From: an uncultured Chloroflexia bacterium
GTDB taxonomy: Bacteria > Chloroflexota > Limnocylindria > Limnocylindrales > CSP1-4
Direction: 5' to 3'
DNA: 64,000 bases
Assembly: GCA_963768655.1 (NCBI GenBank)
Contig: CAVYIM010000004.1
Coordinates: 480,001 to 544,000, forward strand
The position numbers and the translations under genes are program-made. This document shows, piece by piece, positions 61,243 to 64,000 of the stretch. Numbering within the stretch: position 1 is the stretch's first letter; each line of letters opens with the position of its first letter. A model generated the notes under the pieces. It saw only the letters and a list, made by a program, of their open reading frames with translations. It searched no databases and was not told the origin of the DNA.

Positions 61243-61391
61243 ACCGCCCGCGCCCGCCGGCACAGACCCCGGGCTCGTCCACCTCATCGGGCCGTGCCCG
61301 GACCATCGAGCCCGGTGATCCGCTGGTGCGGGCCCTGGCGGTATGCGTCCGCCAGGCCTATGCGCGGCGTCGCACCGGCAGAACGGACTAG
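61239..61391 (+). CDS. 50-aa hypothetical protein upstream of recombinase
   Basis: ATGA-coupled; MNRPRP..GDPLVRALAVCVRQAYARRRTGRTD*. Confidence 0.5.
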   Translation: MNRPRPPAQTPGSSTSSGRARTIEPGDPLVRALAVCVRQAYARRRTGRTD

Positions 61392-61412
61392 CGGAACGGA
61401 TGGCGTCGCGTT

Positions 61413-62908
61413 ATGACTAGCGTCATGCACCAGCTACCCCGCTTCCTGGACCAGATAGCCGGTCTGCGGGTGGCCCGCTGGCTCCGGGAATCCACGGTGG
61501 GCCAGTGGGACAACTGGGGGCCCGACTCTCAGCGCGAGCTTCAGGACCGGACCATCGCCCGTCACGGCCTCATCGATACCGGCCTCGTCTGGCAGAGCGC
61601 CAAGTCGGGCCGGACCGTGTACCAGAGCATCGAGTTCGGGGCCAGAGCGCCGCCGCGAAAGCCGGCAAGTTCGACATCCTGCTGGTCGGGTATGTCTCTC
61701 GGTTCCAGCGGAACCTCAAACAGACCCTGATCGCCGTCGACGAGCTTCATGCCCTCGGGGTTGCCGTCGTCTTCTGCGACGAGCGGATCGTCTCCTCGGA
61801 CCCCGAGCGCTGGGATGAGCTGGTCCGCGAGGCCCACGAGGCCGAGTCCTACAGTCGCAAGCTCGGCCGCCGGATCGGCGAAGGCCTCGCCGCCAAACGG
61901 CGCCGCCTGGGCGAACCCGGTGGCCAGCCCTCGTATGGATACATCCGGACCGGCAAGCCGCCGGTATTGGAGCCGGTCTCGGCCGAGCTGGAGCGGGTCA
62001 GGGCCGCGTTCGCCGCCGCTGCCGAGGGCATGACCGACCGCGAGGTCTCCGAGCGGGTCGGCCTCCCGTTCTACACCGTCCGGCACATCCTGACCAACCC
62101 GGTCTATGCCGGGCGCCTGCGGGACGGGACCCCGACCCGGGTCCCAGCGGTCATCGATCAACACACCTGGGACGCCGTCCAGCTCGCCCGGAGCCGGTTC
62201 AGCCGCCGGCATCCCGGCCGGCCCACGACCCGGCGTCCCTATGCGCTCTCCATGCTCCACTGCGCCGCCTGCGGCCGGCACCTAATCGGCCAGGCCGCCC
62301 GCTACCGCCACACCTTCCCGTGTCCCGAATGGCTCGGCGCCGCCCGGCCCGCACCGCGGGCTTTCCACAACTCGACCGACCATCGCCACAAGGGCGTGAG
62401 CTATCCCGCGGACTCGTATGAGAACTTGGTCCGCCAGGCCCTCGCTCACGTCAGCGCCAACGCCGAGCTGGCCGCCGTCGTCGTCGCGCGGCTCGCCGAA
62501 GACGAGACCGCACCCGATCCCGTCGCCCTGGCCCGCATCGAGCGTGACCGCGAAGCCGCCATGGCCCGCTACCGCCGCGACCGGGACACGGCCGCCCTGG
62601 AGGCGACCATGAGGTCGCTCGATCAGGAGGAGGCGACGGCCAGGGCCGCGCATACCGACGGGCTGACGTCAGAGGAGGCGATCGAGTCGCTGCGCGAGCT
62701 GCCGAAGCTCTGGGACGACGCCGAACCGTCGGGCCGCAAGCTCCTGGCCGAGGCTCTGTTCGAGCGGATCGATGTCCTGGCAGCCCGCAAGGTGAGGCTG
62801 CACCCGAGCGCATCTGCCAAGGCTCAGGGGTGGGACATTGCCTGGAATGGGGCTCGATTGGTTGTTATGGTCGGGGCGAGAGGAGTAGCGCCGACACCAT
62901 GCGGGTGA
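61413..62908 (+). CDS. Large serine recombinase (one frameshift near 61645)
   Basis: WLRES catalytic Ser, SGR, VSRFQRN, PSYGY, ILTNPVYAG, PAVID..W, LHCAACG zinc ribbon. Confidence 0.88.
62868..62884 (-). repeat. att-like core resembling tRNA-Pro 3' end including CCA
   Basis: Reverse complement TCCTCTCGCCCCGACCA; lies within the last codons of the recombinase. Confidence 0.75.
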
Positions 62909-63081
62909 TCGTTCGGGTCGGTGTCTCGACCGAAGGGCGTAGCCAACGGGCTGGCCTGAGGCTGCACGTCCTGCGAGCCTGGTCCCCAGCCCTCATCCGT
63001 CGGCCCAGCTGCCGCGTATCCATGGCAGGGCAATCGACGTGGCGCAAGCCATCCGGGCTCAGCGGCTAGGGGGAGGCGCAC

Positions 63082-63543
63082 ATGCGTTGCAGGGCGCTCG
63101 CGTCGCTGCTGTTGCTGGCTCTCGTTCCCGCGGCGTGCGCTCCAGGCACCGCCACGCCAGCTCCCCCGAGCCTGTCGGACGCCGTCCGCACGGCGAAGCT
63201 GGCCCTGCGCGTCTCGATGGCCAGGGAGCTGCCCTGGTATGCGGCCCTGATCCTTGGCGACGACGGGATGCCGGCGGTGGAGATCGCGCAAGGCGACGTG
63301 CTGTATGTGCCCATTGATCCGAGCCGTCTCAACCCCAGCGCTGGCGAGGTCGCCAACGCAGGGTCCTCGGCGGTGGCGGTCGGGGACATATGTTTCACGA
63401 TTGCCGGCGAATACCTGCCAGTTGGCGAGTCCGCCGACTCCCTGGGCATCGAGTGGGTTTTCATGCGCGCGGCCGGGAGCACCATCTACGAGTGCCCCGT
63501 GCATCCTCCCGGCATAACCATCCTCCCATCGCAGCGCCCATGA
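63082..63543 (+). CDS. Hypothetical lipoprotein
   Basis: RBS GGAGG, signal peptide ending PAAC. Confidence 0.7.
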   Translation: MRCRALASLLLLALVPAACAPGTATPAPPSLSDAVRTAKLALRVSMARELPWYAALILGDDGMPAVEIAQGDVLYVPIDPSRLNPSAGEVANAGSSAVAVGDICFTIAGEYLPVGESADSLGIEWVFMRAAGSTIYECPVHPPGITILPSQRP

Positions 63544-64000
63544 CCAGACGAGAGGGGATCGTGAAGAGGTCACCCTGGCGTAGGCGTCTTGGGGCTCGCG
63601 TCTACCGCGATGGTAGCTTGGGCAGGAGTTGCGCCGACACTTCACGGGTGAAGGTGCGGAGCGGAGCTGAAGCCGACCCTGAGCCCGCTTGCGCCATTCA
63701 ACCGGTCGTCGCTGTCGCCTGAGTGAAGCCTGTGTCCGGGGCGACAAGCGACGGCCCGCGTGCTCGCCCGAACGTCCAGCAGCCGGGGGAGCGGGACGTT
63801 TTCGGCTCAGGGTCCGTTGGTATGATCGCTCGGTGGAACCACTTAACCAACCATCCAACCTGCCCGGCTCTCAATGGCCGCCCCCTTCGATGGGCAGAAT
63901 GCCTGGACGCCAAGTGTGGCTCTATGCCGGGGTCGCTGTAGTCGCGTTCCTACTGGGGCTCCTATCCGTCTGGATAGGCCTTAGGATCGCGGTTGCGGCC

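Larger units (their letters stand above)
49955..62884. mobile_element. ~12.9 kb integrative element with large serine recombinase
   Basis: 15-bp direct repeat GTCGGGGCGAGAGGA at 49955-49969 and 62870-62884; recombinase, HTH, AAA ATPase, MTase, TA, HNH inside. Confidence 0.75.

Noticed and set aside
58787-61421. TATGACTAGC at the starts of both HTH and recombinase genes
   Set aside because: Only 10 nt, two copies, includes the ATG; cannot be distinguished from chance

Overview
High-GC bacterial chromosomal segment. Gene style (many Pro/Thr-rich lipoproteins, kelch-repeat proteins, ECF sigma factor, F420-dependent reductase, GT39/GT87 transferases) suggests a monoderm organism, most plausibly Chloroflexota (Limnocylindria-like); this is an inference. 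1-49.9 kb is mostly intact genes: signalling proteins, a tRNA-Gly(TCC) followed by two degenerate copies of its own 3' half that each close a single-gene unit, envelope glycosyltransferases, an MCP, and a rearranged Kdp system. In that system KdpD is split: the N-terminal half sits in the kdpFABC operon, the membrane kinase half is on the opposite strand in frame with KdpE, extra small genes lead the operon, and an ECF/RsiV-like pair lies between the halves. 49.95-62.9 kb is an integrative element ending in a large serine recombinase. It is bounded and punctuated by four copies of a core resembling a tRNA-Pro 3' end, and carries an HTH/AAA replication-type module plus defence-like cargo (MTase-Mrr fusion, Panacea/PemK pair, HNH). 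Most genes in this element are frameshifted, probably from uncorrected long-read errors. All family assignments come from motif recognition by eye; no searches were run.
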